Origin: Octopus vulgaris | Lineage: Eukaryota | DNA: 64,000 bases | Assembly (NCBI GenBank): GCA_951406725.2 | Contig: OX597815.1 | Coordinates: 205,778,001 to 205,842,000, forward strand | Direction: 5' to 3' | In this document: positions 40,460-54,164 of the stretch, in pieces | Numbering within the stretch: position 1 is the first letter of the stretch | Layout of the letters: every line of letters starts with the position of its first letter | Notes under the pieces: generated by a model | Seen by the model: only the letters and a program-made list of their open reading frames with translations | Told to the model about the DNA's origin: nothing | Database searches by the model: none | Program-made: the position numbers and the translations under genes

Positions 40460-40798
40460 GCCGGGTTCAGTTCCACTGCGTGGCACCTTGGGCAAGTGTC
40501 TTCTACAGTAGCCTCGGGCCGACCAAAGCCTTGTGAGTGGATTTGGTAGACGGAAACTGAAAGAAGCCTGTCGTATATATGTATATGTATGTATGCATGT
40601 GTGTGTGTTTGTGCCCCTAGCCTTGCTTGACAACCGATGCTGGTGTGTTTATGTCCCCGTTACTTAGTGGTTTGGCAAAAGTGACTGATAGAATAAGTAC
40701 TGGGCTTACAAAAGAATAAGTCCCGGGGTCGAGTTGCACGACTAAAGGCGGTGCTCCAGCATGGCCGCAGTCAAATGACTGAAAAGAGTAAAAGAGTA
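40460..40798 (+). mobile_element. 5'-truncated tRNA-derived SINE (family A)
   Basis: Starts at the B-box region. Confidence 0.88.
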
Positions 40799-41546
40799 TG
40801 CCAGTAGTAGGTTGAGAAAAAAGAAAACACTGACCACACTATTGTATTCTTTAAACACGAAAATCTTACTTCTAAGCAATAGTGAAGTGATTCATCTTTG
40901 CACTTTAGTGAATACAATAAATAATGATCTGTTAGTGACTAAGATTTCTTCATCTCTGTTATTAAGTTGAGTCAGAACTTTTAACTACAATTTAAATCGG
41001 TTAGCATCTTTTTTTTTTCTTTCTTTTTTTTTTAAGCAGATTCTAATTTATTTTTTAAATTACTGATGAGTATTGGAATTCACTTAGTAAAATATTCTAA
41101 TTTCTCGTAAACCTTATTGCTGACTAATGCTAAATTAGTTGACATTAACTACTCCAACAGACTGAAGAGATGAATAGTTCATTAACTAATGATGTATCAT
41201 TTGTTCTATACATATTCCAAAAGGTTTTCAGGTTACCAGATAACCTTGAAAAAAACAAAAAAAAAAACCAAAAAAAAACTCTACAACAATAACTTAACCA
41301 ATTACTCAAAACACAAAAACATATCCTTGCATACCAAATGATTAATGAAATACGTTATCATTTACACAATAATTAAATCTGAATAACCTAAATAAAAAGT
41401 ATAGTATATGCAGTATAAGGAAATGCTTATATTTCCAAACTGGTATACATACAGAATTCACTGAGAAGATTCATTCTACCTCATTTCAGAGTTTCTATTA
41501 AGTAATGTATCCTTAGCATTTTAAAATTCACTTTTTTTTAAAAATT

Positions 41547-41589
<43 letters not shown>

Positions 41590-41914
41590 AATTGGCTGAT
41601 GCTTTTGAAAACGTGATTCTTGAATTTAAGATAGTTGCTCAACATGATTTCACATGCCATTTAAATACAAAAATATAATTTCCTGTGTAAAAAGAAATTA
41701 GGACTGCAGATAGATCTAATGATAGTGTACATAGCCAGGTTTTCAAATTGGTAAATTAAATTAAGAAGCTGTTACTTTATTTAGTAAATGGAAATACACA
41801 TATTCTTCAAAGACTTTTCTATCGTTAAGCTACTGGAATAACCGAGTTCAGTTAGTGTGATCCTTGGTGACAAAAGGATTCATTTTCTACACTGAAAGCA
41901 AATTATGTAAACAA

Positions 41915-42069
41915 GCAGGAGTGGCTGTGTGGTAAGTAGCTTGCTAACCAACCACATGGTTCCGGGTTCAGTCCCACTGCGTGGCATCTTGGGCAAGTGT
42001 CTTCTGCTATAGCCCCGGGCCAACCAATGCCTTGTGAGTGGATTTGGTAGACGGAAACTGAAAGAAGCC

Positions 42070-42109
<40 letters not shown>

Positions 42110-42309
42110 GTGTCTGTGTTTGTCCCCCTAGCATTGCTTGACAACCGATGCTGGTGTGTTTACGTCCCCGTCACTTAGTGGTTCGGCAAAAGAGACCGAT
42201 AGAATAAGTACTGGGTTTACAAGGAATAAGTCCCGGGGTCGATTTGCTCGACTAAAGGCGGTGCTCCAGCATGGCCGCAGTCAAATGACTGAAACAAGAG
42301 TAAAGAGTA
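41915..42309 (+). mobile_element. tRNA-derived SINE (family A)
   Basis: Family sequence match. Confidence 0.92.
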
Positions 42310-42644
42310 AGCACTAAGATCTACATACAACTGAAGAAAGAGTAGCCTCACAAACCTTAGAATGCTTACTACACTTCCTTTGAAATCATTTAACAACCAT
42401 GCATAAAAACCGAGCATCTAATCTGCTAGATTATAAAGACTGAGACCCAATGGAAAGTAGCCATCAAAATATTCAAGGTCGAGTAGTTTCTTCTTTAAGA
42501 AAGTATCTCTCTTCCACTTTCATGCGCATAGTATTTAGTCACCACTTTTCAAAGTATAACTGCTACACTAAGTAAACAAAATTTCCTACTGGTTATTTGT
42601 ATCCTCTGCAATCCCTAATCCTTCCATTCACTTATATTAAATCC

Positions 42645-42859
42645 AACCCTTTAGCATCTAAGCCAGCCATATCCAGCCAAAATATTCTGCTTGCTTAATG
42701 TTCAAACTGACCAGACCTGGCCTCTCACACTTACCAAAAAATGTCATTCTAAAAATAGACACTCACATTATAGAAAGCTTGAGGCTATAATATACGATTA
42801 ATTCAAAACAATGAAAATAGAATACATTCAACAGAATAATCTGAATGCTAAAGGATTAA
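42645..42859. mobile_element. TTAA-flanked MITE family 2
   Basis: aaccctttagcatc...aatgctaaaggattaa. Confidence 0.7.
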
Positions 42860-43044
42860 AAGCTATGGCTCTGCAGTTAAGAAACTTTGCAAAAGTACAT
42901 GGTTTTAGGTTCTATCCTGCTGCAGGACATCTCAGGCAAGTATCTTCTCCTATAACCTCAGGCTGACCATAGTCTTGCAAGTGAAATTTCATTGACAGAA
43001 AGTGTTTGAAAAACCACCAAAGGTGTGTGTGTTACAACATTTAA

Positions 43045-43265
43045 CCCTTTTGTTACCAAACTGGCTGAAACCGGCTCTGGCTCTGAGTACAAATGTCTTG
43101 CTTTCATAAATTTTGAATTAAAATCTTCCACCAAACCTTAGTCACAATTTATGTTCCTAACACTAGCTGAAAGATAACTAAGTTATTTTTCTAAATTCTT
43201 TGTTATATTTAAAATTAATTGAAAGAAACACAGAGTGTGTTAAAAAAAATACAGTAACAAAAGGG
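43045..43265. mobile_element. piggyBac-like MITE family 1 (221 bp)
   Basis: TTAA|cccttttgttacc...gtaacaaaaggg|TTAA; reverse complement of 25909-26129. Confidence 0.85.
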
Positions 43266-44864
43266 TTAAAGGCATGAAATAACATGCCTTACTTAAAAAT
43301 AGGAAGGGTTGGTGAGAGGGAGGACATTTGTCCATAGAATACTCAGGAAGTCTCATTCAACACATAGTAGAATAGAAAAAAAAGCAGGAATATAAACAAA
43401 GGTGCTTCATTACTTAAAAACAAATGAATTTATCAATTATAACAAATTTCAAATTGCCAACCATCTAATAGTTTGATCTGAAAGACAATCTAAGACACAA
43501 AATTTATCCCCAGAGAGTAATTAGCTCCTTTCGAAACCAAATAGGTGGTTATGAATTTATTATGTGGGGGAAAATGGGAGTGGAAACAGATGTCAATTAA
43601 AAGGTTTATCTTCAAATTGTACAAACAGATATTTATACAAATGGAGGAAACACAAACTCAAAGTGGTACACTGTTCTGTTGCTTGGGACAGAGGCTAAGC
43701 TAAGTGATATATTAGTCATGGCTGTAAGAAATAAATAAAAAAGATGACAAGACAGAAGCTATCAGGAAAGTAGACCTACATATGTACAGAGGCCAAAAAA
43801 AAAAGATTAAAAAAATAAGGCTTCAGTAATGGGAAGGATGTTTGCAACTGCTCTATGCTGTGATGTGTCATGTGAAGTGTTTTAAATAAGACAGTGTGTC
43901 AATACAAAACATGTCATTGAAAGAGAAATTTCAAATAACTCCAGCAAATTTGCCCTCTGTGGCCATGGAAAGAAAGGTGTGGAAATAAGGTCAGTGAAAA
44001 GTTGCTGATGAAAGGATATGGAAAAATTACAAGACTATAGTCAAGCCAACTGGAAGAACTGCTATAGGGATCTAACAAAAAAAAAAAAAAGATACATAAA
44101 AAAATAAAAATTAAAGTTGCTGTAGAATGTTGAGACATAAAGGTGTTGAAAGCATTTATGTCAGATGTTACAGAAGATATTTGTTCTGGGAAGATCTTAT
44201 TCCAATCGTTCGACTGGAATAAAGGCACAATCTCAGATACAAAGATAAAGATTGAGTTAGTTCTTCATGTACAAAATGTAGTTTATATGCTGTGTGCACA
44301 AGTATGATGTAATATGGAAGAAGAAGAAAAAAAAAACCTCTCAGACACATTTATAGCAAAAAGTGTTTGAAATAAAATTGAAGAACTTGAGAAGTTAGAT
44401 TGTGTTTGAAAAGATGAGATGTCACTGGAGTAAAGCAGATCGAGAAATATTTTGCAGGCCTCTAAGTCCAAATTAGATGGAAAAATAGAACAATGATTTT
44501 ACATCATGCTGTCCTCTAGTCTACAAAATGACACCATATTTATTACTAGATAAAATCAAATTTGGCAACAAATACAAAATTTCATGTACTTCAAATATCT
44601 AAAGTCCAAAATTACAAAGATACCAGACAGCATTCAAACAATGGTAAAAAAATAAAATGATACAAGAATAGCATCAAAAGTCAGAAATATTTATAGAGTT
44701 GACACATTTAAATAGTTTCATTTATCATAAAATTTAAATTTCATTTTTGTAAAACAGTATACAGTTGTGAATTGTAAATTCTTTAATCACTCAGTCTCGT
44801 ACCACCAAAGTAGTGGCTGTTATCACAGCCTATCACTCGTGTTTGTTTCTCTTTCATTATTCAT

Positions 44865-45180
44865 AACATCATCATTTAACATCTGTTGTCCATGCTGGCA
44901 TGGGTTGGACAGTTTAACCAGGGCTGGTAAACTGAGGGGCTGCACCAGACTCCAGTCTGATTTGGCATGGTTTTCTACAGCTGGATACCCTTCCTAACAC
45001 CAACCACTCAAAGTGTAATGAGTGCTTTTACATGCCAATGGCACGGATGCCAGTTGTGTGACACCAGTCTCTGCCATGATTACAATTTCACTTGGCTTGA
45101 TAAGTTTTCTTCTCAAGCACAGCATATTGCCAAAGGTCTCAGTCATTTGTTATTCATTGTCTCCATGAAGCTCAATGCTC
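44865..45180 (-). mobile_element. Older RTE 3' end including the ORF terminus
   Basis: (CAT) tail, UTR and ttctcaagcacagcatattgccaaaggtctc ORF-end sequence. Confidence 0.75.
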
Positions 45181-45182
45181 AA

Positions 45183-46762
45183 CAGGTGCTTTTTACATGC
45201 CACTGGCACAGGTGCTAGTTACGTGACACCAGCATTGGCCTCATTGCCTCTATGAAGCCCTACACATGAAAGGTGCTTTTTATGTGCCACTGGCACAGGT
45301 GCTAGTTACATGACACCAGCATTGGCCACATTGCCTGCATGAGGCCCAATACATGAAAGGTGCTTTTACATGCCACTGGCACAGGTGCTAGTTACATGAC
45401 ACCAGCATCAGCCACATTGCCTGCATGAGGCCCAATACATGAAAGGTGCTTTTTATGTGCCACTGGCACAGGTGCTAGTTACATGACACCAGCATCAGCC
45501 ACATTGCCTGCATGAGGCCCAACACATGAAAGGTGCTTTTACATGCCACTGGCACAGGTGCTAGTTACATGACACCAGCATCAGCCACATTGCCTGCATG
45601 AGGCCCAATACATGAAAGGTGCTTTTTACATGCCACTGGCACAGGTGCTAGTTACATGACACCAGCATTGGCCACATTGCCTGCATGAGGCCCAATACAT
45701 GAAAGGTGCTTTTTATGTGCCACTGGCACAGGTGCTAGTTACATGACACCAGCATTGGCCACATTGCCTGCATGAGGCCCAATACATGAAAGGTGCTTTT
45801 ACATGCCACTGGCACAGGTGCTAGTTACATGACACCAGCATTGGCCACATTGCCTGCATGAGGCCCAATACATGAAAGGTGCTTTTTACATGCCACTGGC
45901 ACAGGTGCTAGTTACATGACACCAGCATTGGCCACATTGCCTGCATGAGGCCCAATACATGAAAGGTGCTTTTTATGTGCCACTGGCACAGGTGCTAGTT
46001 ACATGACACCAGCATTGGCCACATTGCCTGCATGAGGCCCAATACATGAAAGGTGCTTTTTACGTGCCACTGGCACAGGTGCTAGTTACATGACACCAGC
46101 ATTGGCCACATTGCCTGCATGAGGCCCAATACATGAAAGGTGCTTTTTATGTGCCACTGGCACAGGTGCTAGTTACATGACACCAGCATTGGCCACATTG
46201 CCTGCATGAGGCCCAATACATGAAAGGTGCTTTTTATGTGCCACTGGCACAGGTGCTAGTTACATGACACCAGCATTGGCCACATTGCCTGCATGAGGCC
46301 CAATACATGAAAGGTGCTTTTTATGTGCCACTGGCACAGGTGCTAGTTACATGACACCAGCATTGGCCACATTGCCTGCATGAGGCCCAATACATGAAAG
46401 GTGCTTTTTATGTGCCACTGGCACAGGTGCTAGTTACATGACACCAGCATTGGCCACATTACCTGCATGAGGCCCAATACATGAAAGGTGCTTTTTATGT
46501 GCCACTGGCACAGGTGCTAGTTACGTGACACCAGCATTGGCCTCATTGCCTGCATGAGGCCCAACACATGAAAGGTGCTTTTTACGTGCCACTGGCACAG
46601 GTGCTAGTTACGTGACACCAGCATTGGCCACATTGCCTGCATGAGGCCCAATACATGAAAGGTGCTTTTTATGTGCCACTGGCACAGGTGCTAGTTACGT
46701 GACACCAGCATTGGCCTCATTGCCTCTATGAAGCCCTACATTTGAATGGTGCTTTTTATGTG
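45183..46762. repeat. ~87-bp tandem minisatellite (~18 copies) derived from RTE 3' sequence
   Basis: Unit aggtgctttttatgtgccactggcacaggtgctagttacatgacaccagcattggccacattgcctgcatgaggcccaatacatgaa. Confidence 0.95.
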
Positions 46763-47224
46763 CCAGTTACCTGACACCGGCATCGGCCACGATTACAATT
46801 TCACCTGAGTTGATAAGTCTTCTCAAGCACAGCATATCACCAAAGGTCTCGGTCACTAGTCATTGACTTCTTTTTCCAGCTCTTATACCAACCTCTTACA
46901 CCAATAAATCTTTTTCCCCCATTGTATTTTCACTTATCTCACCATCTCAAAGCTCAGCTTCTATCATCACCCTCTCTTCTACTCTAAGAATGAGCTATTT
47001 AATCTTGCAAGGTACATGGTAACATCACTGGTATCACGATAAAATGCACCAAATACACTGTAAAGTAGTTAATGTTAATAAGTCATCCAACCATAGAAAC
47101 TGTGCCAATACTAAGATGTGTGAATGAAATATGGTCCTCCAATTAGTGCTGGATTGGGTTAAGAGGACTTGTCCAACACATACCAGCATGGAAAAAAACA
47201 GATGTGATGATGACAATGCACACT

Positions 47225-47441
47225 TTAACCTTTTTGATGCCAAACCACCTGAGACCACCCCAGCTTGCATAATAGCAACTTCCTGTTTTGAAGTGAACTA
47301 AAAACCCTTCCATCACGTTCATTTATGTTCTAAACATCTTAAATAATGACAAAGCTATTGTAGTGAAGTCTCCATCATTTTCAAACTTAACTGAAACAAA
47401 GGCAGTGTATTTTAACAGAACTATGGAAGCATAAGGGTTAA
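47225..47441. mobile_element. Degraded piggyBac-like MITE (family 1-related)
   Basis: ttaacc...gggttaa ends; diverged internal similarity. Confidence 0.55.
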
Positions 47442-48019
47442 TATGAAATAGAGATAACAGAATTGCAACAAAGTATCAGCTACAGTAAGCAAAAAGCCAA
47501 AAAAAATGTGCAAAGGTGGATATTTTAGTAAGTTAGTACAAAGTGAAGTTTTCAAGAGGTGTAAGGCTTGCAATGCTCACAGCTCTTATGGTAAGTTTTC
47601 TTTTGTTTAATTCATTCTTATAATTTATAAAAGGTTAACAAATCAAAAGTGCTACATTTAGAAATTTTAGCAGCATGTAAAAAATTACAATATTTTAATC
47701 CAAGAAGATAAAGTGTAACTCCAATATTACAGGTAAAAGGTTAAAACTAGTAGAATATGTGCATACACATTTTTCTGGTTACAAACATAAATTATGTACA
47801 AAGATATCTTTATAAGAAAAAAATATATTTAAAAAAAGATCTTTGATTGCAGCCATTGATGGGTTTTGGTGAACAAATCAACTCCAGTACTTAATGTTTT
47901 AAGTCTGGTCTCTATCAGTTTCTCTCACAGAAACTGCTAAATTATGGGGGTATAAACAAATCAATACCAGTTATCAAGTAGCAAGGTGAATATATAGACA
48001 TATAGACACAGGACATAGA

Positions 48020-48398
48020 ATGAGGTGGTGAAGCATGATCTTCGAATGTTAGGCCGAACGGAGGTGATGACAAGTGACCGAGACCTTTGATGATATGCTG
48101 AGCTTGAGAAGACTTGTCAAGCCAAATGAAATCATAGTGGTGGTCGTTACCAGTGTCATGTAAACGGCACCCGTAAAATCGTAATCATGGCTGTTGCCAG
48201 TAGCAAGTAGATAGTACCCATGCTGGTGGCATGTTAAAAGCACCCATTACACTCTGGGAGTGGTTGGCATTAGGAAGGGCATCCAGCCGTAGAAACCATG
48301 CCAAATCAGATTGGAATTTGGTGCAGCCCTCTGGATTACCAGTTCCAGTCAAACTGTCTAACCCATGCCAGCACAGAAAGTGGATGTTAAATGATGAT
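48020..48398 (+). mobile_element. Older RTE 3' end nested in a degraded SINE
   Basis: ORF-end sequence, UTR and atgatgat tail; SINE halves at ~47850-48010 and 48400-48565. Confidence 0.7.
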
Positions 48399-48757
48399 AT
48401 GTATACAACAAGCTTCCACACAGTTTCTGTCTACCAAATTCACTCACAAATTATTGGCCAGCCAGGGGCTATAGTAGAAGATACTTGCCCAAGGTGCTGC
48501 ACTAGAGGAATTAACCTGAAACTATGTGGTTACAAAGTGAGCTTCTTAAGCACACACCCATGACTGTGAGGATAAACAGCCATGATTCAATCACAAAAAA
48601 CAGTAAAATTACATTTCAACAAATGATTTTTTACAGAATCCTGTAGCTAATGATCAGAGAAAAAAACTAAAACTATAAAAGAAATTCAAATAAACTAAAG
48701 ACACCTATGAAAAAGTTACAACAGCTACAAGTTACATTTCTAACATAGATACAAATA

Positions 48758-49384
48758 TTAAATCCTCTAACATTTAATATGGTCATATATGGCTAAAATA
48801 TTCTATCTGTTTTATATTCAAACTGGTTGGATCTGGTTTCTCACACCTACCCTACAATGCCATTGCAAAAATAGCAATCACATCATTGAAATCTAAAAGC
48901 TACATGATATTTTTTTACTCTTTTACTTGTTTCAGTCATTTGACTGCAGCCATGCTGGAGAACCACCTTTAGTCGAGAAAATCGACCCCAGGACTTATTC
49001 TTTGTAAGCCCAGTACTTATCCTATCGGTTTCTTTTGTTACGGGGACATAAGCACACCAGTATCAGTTGTTAAGCGATGTTGGGGGGAACAGACAGAGAC
49101 ACACAAACACACACATATATATATACATATACATGACAGGCTTCTTTCAGTTTCCGTCTACCAAATCCACTCACAAGGCTTTGGTCGGCCCGAGGCTACT
49201 GTAGACACTTGCCCAAGGTGCCATGCAGTGGGACTGAATCCGGAACCATGTGGTTGGTAAGCAAGCTACTTACTACACAGCCACACCTGTGCCTATGATA
49301 ATGTATGATTAATTCAAAACAATACAAATAAATAAGCATTACATTACATGGAGTAATCTGATAACCCGGATGCAAAAGGGTTAA
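48758..49384. mobile_element. TTAA MITE family 2 interrupted by a family A SINE (48915-49294, minus strand)
   Basis: SINE flanked by TSD atgata (48904-48909, 49295-49300); MITE ends gggttaa. Confidence 0.8.
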
Positions 49385-50134
49385 ATTTCGATTGAATCTA
49401 AACTACAACTCTACCACTTGTACTCTTAGATGGCCATTTTATAAATAGAGTATTTCTTTACTAAATCCCAATCTTGCAAATATTTCAAATAATTTTTTTT
49501 ATCTGAAAGAATTCCTTTTATCTGACAAGTTCTAAATTTCATTAATTTCACAATTTTAACTTATGTAAAGCTACCTTAATTTTCCTTTCCATACACAGTC
49601 TAAATGAGATTAAATAAGTCCTTTGTGATCTGTCTATGGATGACTAACTTTTTCAGAACCAATTCAAGCTACTTCACAGACCTTCATTGGTCTGGCTGGG
49701 TTTCATTGGAACAGATCAATATTATTCCTTGGTATTAATATATATTCAATCAGTTGCAATTTTTAACCCAGCTTTGTCCATTATTACCGTATGTTGATTT
49801 CCAATTCTACACTTGGCACATTCAACAAACTACAGACACTTTGTTACCATCTACACATTTAATTAAGTATTATTGTCAGGTATTTGATATATTCATTAAA
49901 CTACATTAAAAAGAGAAAAGACTAAAGCACTAATAGAACTTCAAACTAACTTTTAATGCAGTTTATTTCATGAGCATTTGTTTATTCTTTTACTGGTTTT
50001 AGTCAAATGGACAGTAGCTATGCTTCAGCAAGGTCTTAATATCCCATACTAATTTTTAAAATTAGTACTTTTACTTTCAGCCCCCTTTTGTGAGACATAA
50101 TCCGACATTGGTAGTCCAAACAATGAGTGACTTT

Positions 50135-50545
50135 TTATTCTTTTACTTGTTTCGGTCATTTGACTGTGGCCATGCCGGAGTGCCAACTTTAGTCGAGCAA
50201 ATTGACCCCAGGACTTATTCTTTGTAAGCCTAGTACTTATTCTCTCGGTCTCTCTTGCCGAACCGCTAAGTTACAGGGACATAAACACACCAGCATTGGT
50301 TGTCAGGTGATGTTGGGGGTCAAACACAGACACACAAACACACACACATATATACATACAAATATATATATATACATATTTTATACACAAAACATATTTT
50401 ATACACAAACTTTCCTCTCTATGTATTTCTGTTTACCACATTCACTCACATGATACTGGTCAGTTCATGGCTATAATAGAAGACACTTGCTCATGTAGCA
50501 TGGTTGTGAAGCAAACTACATGACCATACAGCCATGTCTGCACCT
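50135..50545 (-). mobile_element. tRNA-derived SINE (family A), head degraded
   Basis: Family sequence match. Confidence 0.8.
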
Positions 50546-50831
50546 AGACGTGTGAATAATCTGAATCAATGTCGTTGTTTAGCTCCAATTTCAGTCCTGA
50601 TCTAGGATACATGAACTATAGTGTCCTAACCTGGACTATTCTCTCCTTTTGTTGGGCAATGTGAAACTAGGACTACACTATCCAATGTGTTCCTTTTATT
50701 AAGACTAGGTAATAATTAGGAAATTTGGCTACTCTGAGCTGGTTAAATGATCATGCAGAGGCTCCCTTATAGGTTTATTCTGAGTTACTAAAGTTGTTCA
50801 GTTAGCTCTGATTAAGCAAATGTGATTAATA

Positions 50832-51061
50832 AAGGCGGCGACCTGGCAGAGTCATTAGCACGCTGGGCAAAATGCTTAGCGGTATTTCGTCTGTCTTTAT
50901 GTTCTGAGTTCAAATTCCACCAAGGTCAACTTTGCCTTTCATCCTTTCGGGGTCGATAAATTAAGTACCAGTGCACTGGGGTTGATGTAATCGACTTAAT
51001 ACCTATGTCTGTCCTTGTTTGTCCCTTCTGTGTTTAGCCCCTTGTGGGTAATAAAGAAATA
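50832..51061 (+). mobile_element. Nin/Deu-domain tRNA-SINE (family B), monomer
   Basis: Same head and body as 26278-26510. Confidence 0.85.
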
Positions 51062-51299
51062 GGTATTCCAGCCATGATTAATTGGTCTTTTGCTATCTCT
51101 AAGACTTACACTGTCCAATGTGCTGTTTCTTTCTTAAAACAGTAGCCTGTGACTAGAGATTTGATTGCTATTTCTAACAAGTAACAGCACTTATGTTGTT
51201 GGCTCATTTGAGTTACTGGTTATATTACTGATGGTTTCAGTCAAGTGTCAATATCTGACATCCACTTTATCACTGACAGGGTGACATAATGAAAGAGTT

Positions 51300-51560
51300 T
51301 CTTTTATCCATCTTTTCTACCCACTATCCCAAGCAAGGGATAGAGTCTTCAGGCACCTCCTCCAGAGGGGCCTATCAGAAGCAGCCATCCTAACACTTCC
51401 TGGCTGGATTCCCAAGCATGACCAACTGAGACTATCACATGTTCATTGTACCAGAACTGTGACCTCTCAATGTCAGATTCAACCTATGGAGTCTCTCTAC
51501 TCTTCAAGCTACAGACCTTGTTGAGTACGTGCAATCAGACATTTTCGGTCATTGCTCAAC
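51300..51560 (-). mobile_element. RTE-X/Expander-like LINE C-terminal relic
   Basis: Minus strand reads LSWSCLGIQPGSVRMAASDRPLWRRCLK. Confidence 0.45.
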
Positions 51561-51722
51561 AGTCAGGACAGGAAGTGAGGATAGGCATGGAAACCAAATT
51601 AAAGAATAGCAAGTTTGGCTGTTTTACCAACCTCTCTTTTCTGAGGATTGAATGATGGAGTTGGCATATTATTGTGCCGGGATCTGCAGTTCAAGCATCC
51701 AATTCAGCCTGTGGCTTTTCAT

Positions 51723-52268
51723 TCATCATCATCATCGTTTAATGTCTGCTTTCCATGCTAGCATGGGTTGGACGGTTCAACTGGGGTCTGGGAAGCCAGA
51801 AGGCTGCACCAGGCCCAGTCTGATCGGGCAGTGTTTCTACGGCTGGATGCCCTTCCTAATGCCAACCACTCCGTGAGTGTAGTGGGTGCTTTTTACGTGC
51901 CAGACGAGGCTGGCAAACGGCCACGATTGGATGGTGCTTTTTACATGCCACCGGCACAGTTGCCAGACGGGGCTGGCAAACGGCCACGATCGGATGGTGC
52001 TTTTTACATGCCACCGGCACAGAGGCCGTCAGGGCGGCGCTGGCTATGGTCACGTTCGGATGGTTCTCTTACGTGCCACCGGCACTGGTATCACAGCTAC
52101 AAATTCTATTGATGTTGATCGATTGCGATTTTGATTTTCACTTGCCTCAACAGGTCTTCACAGGTGGAGTTTTGTGTCCCAAGAAGGAAAGGAATGCATA
52201 AGTGGGCTGGCTACATCCCAGTTAGAGGCCACGGGATTATGGCCTCACTTGTCCTGCCGGGTCTTCTC
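51723..52268 (-). mobile_element. RTE 3' end with complete 3' UTR up to the ORF stop (EKTRQDK*)
   Basis: Longest copy; links the (CAT)n family to the RTE ORF terminus. Confidence 0.8.
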
Positions 52269-52894
52269 TACTTGTGAATATGGCCCCGAGATACTTAAAC
52301 TTCACCACTTGTCTCAGCATGTTCCACTAATATGCTGAGTGGTACTGGGAAATATTTTATATTTACCAATTCAATTTACATAACCATAATGTTAAGCATT
52401 TTGATTTCAGTTGCTATGAACGTTGTTGTTATTGTTTAGCTGCAACCAATAATAATAGTAAAAAAAAAAAAAAAACAACACAGAAAAGAAAATAGTGGAA
52501 GAAATATTTAAACATAATTACAATACTGATTAAATATTAGCTATTGAAGACTATTAAATTAAAACAACAACACAGCTATTAATTTTAAAAACAACCAAAC
52601 AAAAAAAAGACAAGTGTTTATTTTCATATGAAATTTAAGTCCCAATTATCAGATCACTGATAATGTTTGATTAAAGCTGGCCTGGTAGCACTTTTAAAAT
52701 AAGAGGATAAGCAAAAACCTCAGATTGGAAATGACTACTTAACTATTAACTACAATAATTTCTTTTCCCCAGTTTAGAATCTATCTATCCTAATTAGGGA
52801 AAGCAAATCTCTACTCAAGAGCAAACTAAACATTGAACTTGGCCTAAGAATCAACTTAGCCATTGTATGCAATGATTAATTTAAACATTCACAA

Positions 52895-53270
52895 TCTTTA
52901 TATATAAAAGTGAGGTTGTGTGCTGTCTGTCTCCTACGATTTAGATTCCTAACTACTCCCACATTTTGCGGTGCAGTTTAACCAAAAGCGGGTATCTTAT
53001 AGTCGTGATTCATATTGAGCCCTTCTGGGTATTAGCGCGCGTCTACGATGAGTCTACGATTTTACAAATAATTTACCATCATTTTTTTCCATTTTAATGC
53101 ATTTTTTCGCTATTATATAAGAGAAGTAACTCTAAAAATGTCTACGATGAGTCAACGATTTAAAAAAAAATTTACCATAATTTTTTTTCCATTTTTTGCT
53201 ATAACTATCTAAAAATGCTTATATAGTTATTTCCCTTACAAACCCGAGCAACGCCAAGCGATACTGCTAG
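52895..53270 (+). mobile_element. Non-autonomous Helitron
   Basis: A|TCTTTATATATAAAAG ... cccgagcaacgccaagcg ... CTAG|T. Confidence 0.82.
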
Positions 53271-53332
53271 TTAGTTATAAATCTCTATTTTCATAAAGCA
53301 AGTAATTTATATTTGTTAAAAAATAAACCTAC

Positions 53333-53429
53333 TTTTTAGCTTCTTCTAAATGGCAAAGATATTCATAAGCCATATTCTGTTTTCTCTTCTCATCCATTTC
53401 CTCAGCAGAAAGTCGTTCATCGTCGAGAG
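53333..53429 (-). CDS. IQGAP: IQGAP-family (Ras GTPase-activating-like) coding exon, most 5' exon found; xLDDERLSAEEMDEKRKQNMAYEYLCHLEEAKK
   Basis: Manual translation matches the conserved IQGAP N-terminus (ERLxAEEMDExRxQNxAYEYLCHLEEAK). Acceptor tttttcag, donor gtaggt, 97 bp, phase 1 in / phase 2 out. Confidence 0.95.
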
Positions 53430-53625
53430 CTGAAAAAGGATAAAAAAGAAAACAATTTAATTACCCTTTTTAATAACACAGTTAAGAGTACTTGAGTTTG
53501 CAAGATGATAAGAAGCAAAAACATAGAATTTAAAATAACCACGACAATACAACAATATCTCACAATATGAAAACCTGGAACAGTTTGTTCTGTTCATAAG
53601 AAATCTGATTACTTCTATATTAAGA

Positions 53626-54164
53626 CTAGCAGTATTGCCTGGCGTTGCTCGGGTTTGTTTCGACCTGCTGGAATTGGAATTTTTGAAAAGTAAAAATTTT
53701 GCATTATGTAGCTTGTTATTCTCTTCAAGTGAACATTTTTCTGGTTGAAATACACTGAAAAGTGTCGACACAGCAGTGAAAAAATCGTAAAAAATACGGA
53801 TTTTCATAGAAAAAAGCACCTTTTTGATGTAAATAATTTTTGGTGTTAACATGGTCCGATTTGAATTTTATCTTCTACAGAAGGAAGAGCAACCTTTCTT
53901 CTATCATACTCTCAATTTTGGTCAACTTGTGCCACAGGGTCTCGGAGGAGATAGTGTGAGAGAGGCAAATCGTAAAATATTGAGTTTTCTGGAATTTTTG
54001 CTTAATTGGGGGTGAAATTGAAAAAAATGTATATGCCATGACCCAGTCGAATCTACTTCAAAAAATCATAGGTAAATTCCAATTGAAGAAATTCTATATT
54101 GTACAATTGTATTAAAAACAAACTATGTCAGAAGCAGAGAAAATCTGCCTTTTATCATAAGAGA
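53626..54164 (-). mobile_element. Non-autonomous Helitron (sibling of 36635-37029)
   Basis: Shares ~330 bp with the 36635 copy; CTAG 3' end at 53626. Confidence 0.8.

Noticed and set aside
45183-46762. CRISPR-like regular array
   Set aside because: Units are wholly repeated with no unique spacers; eukaryotic intron; no cas genes.
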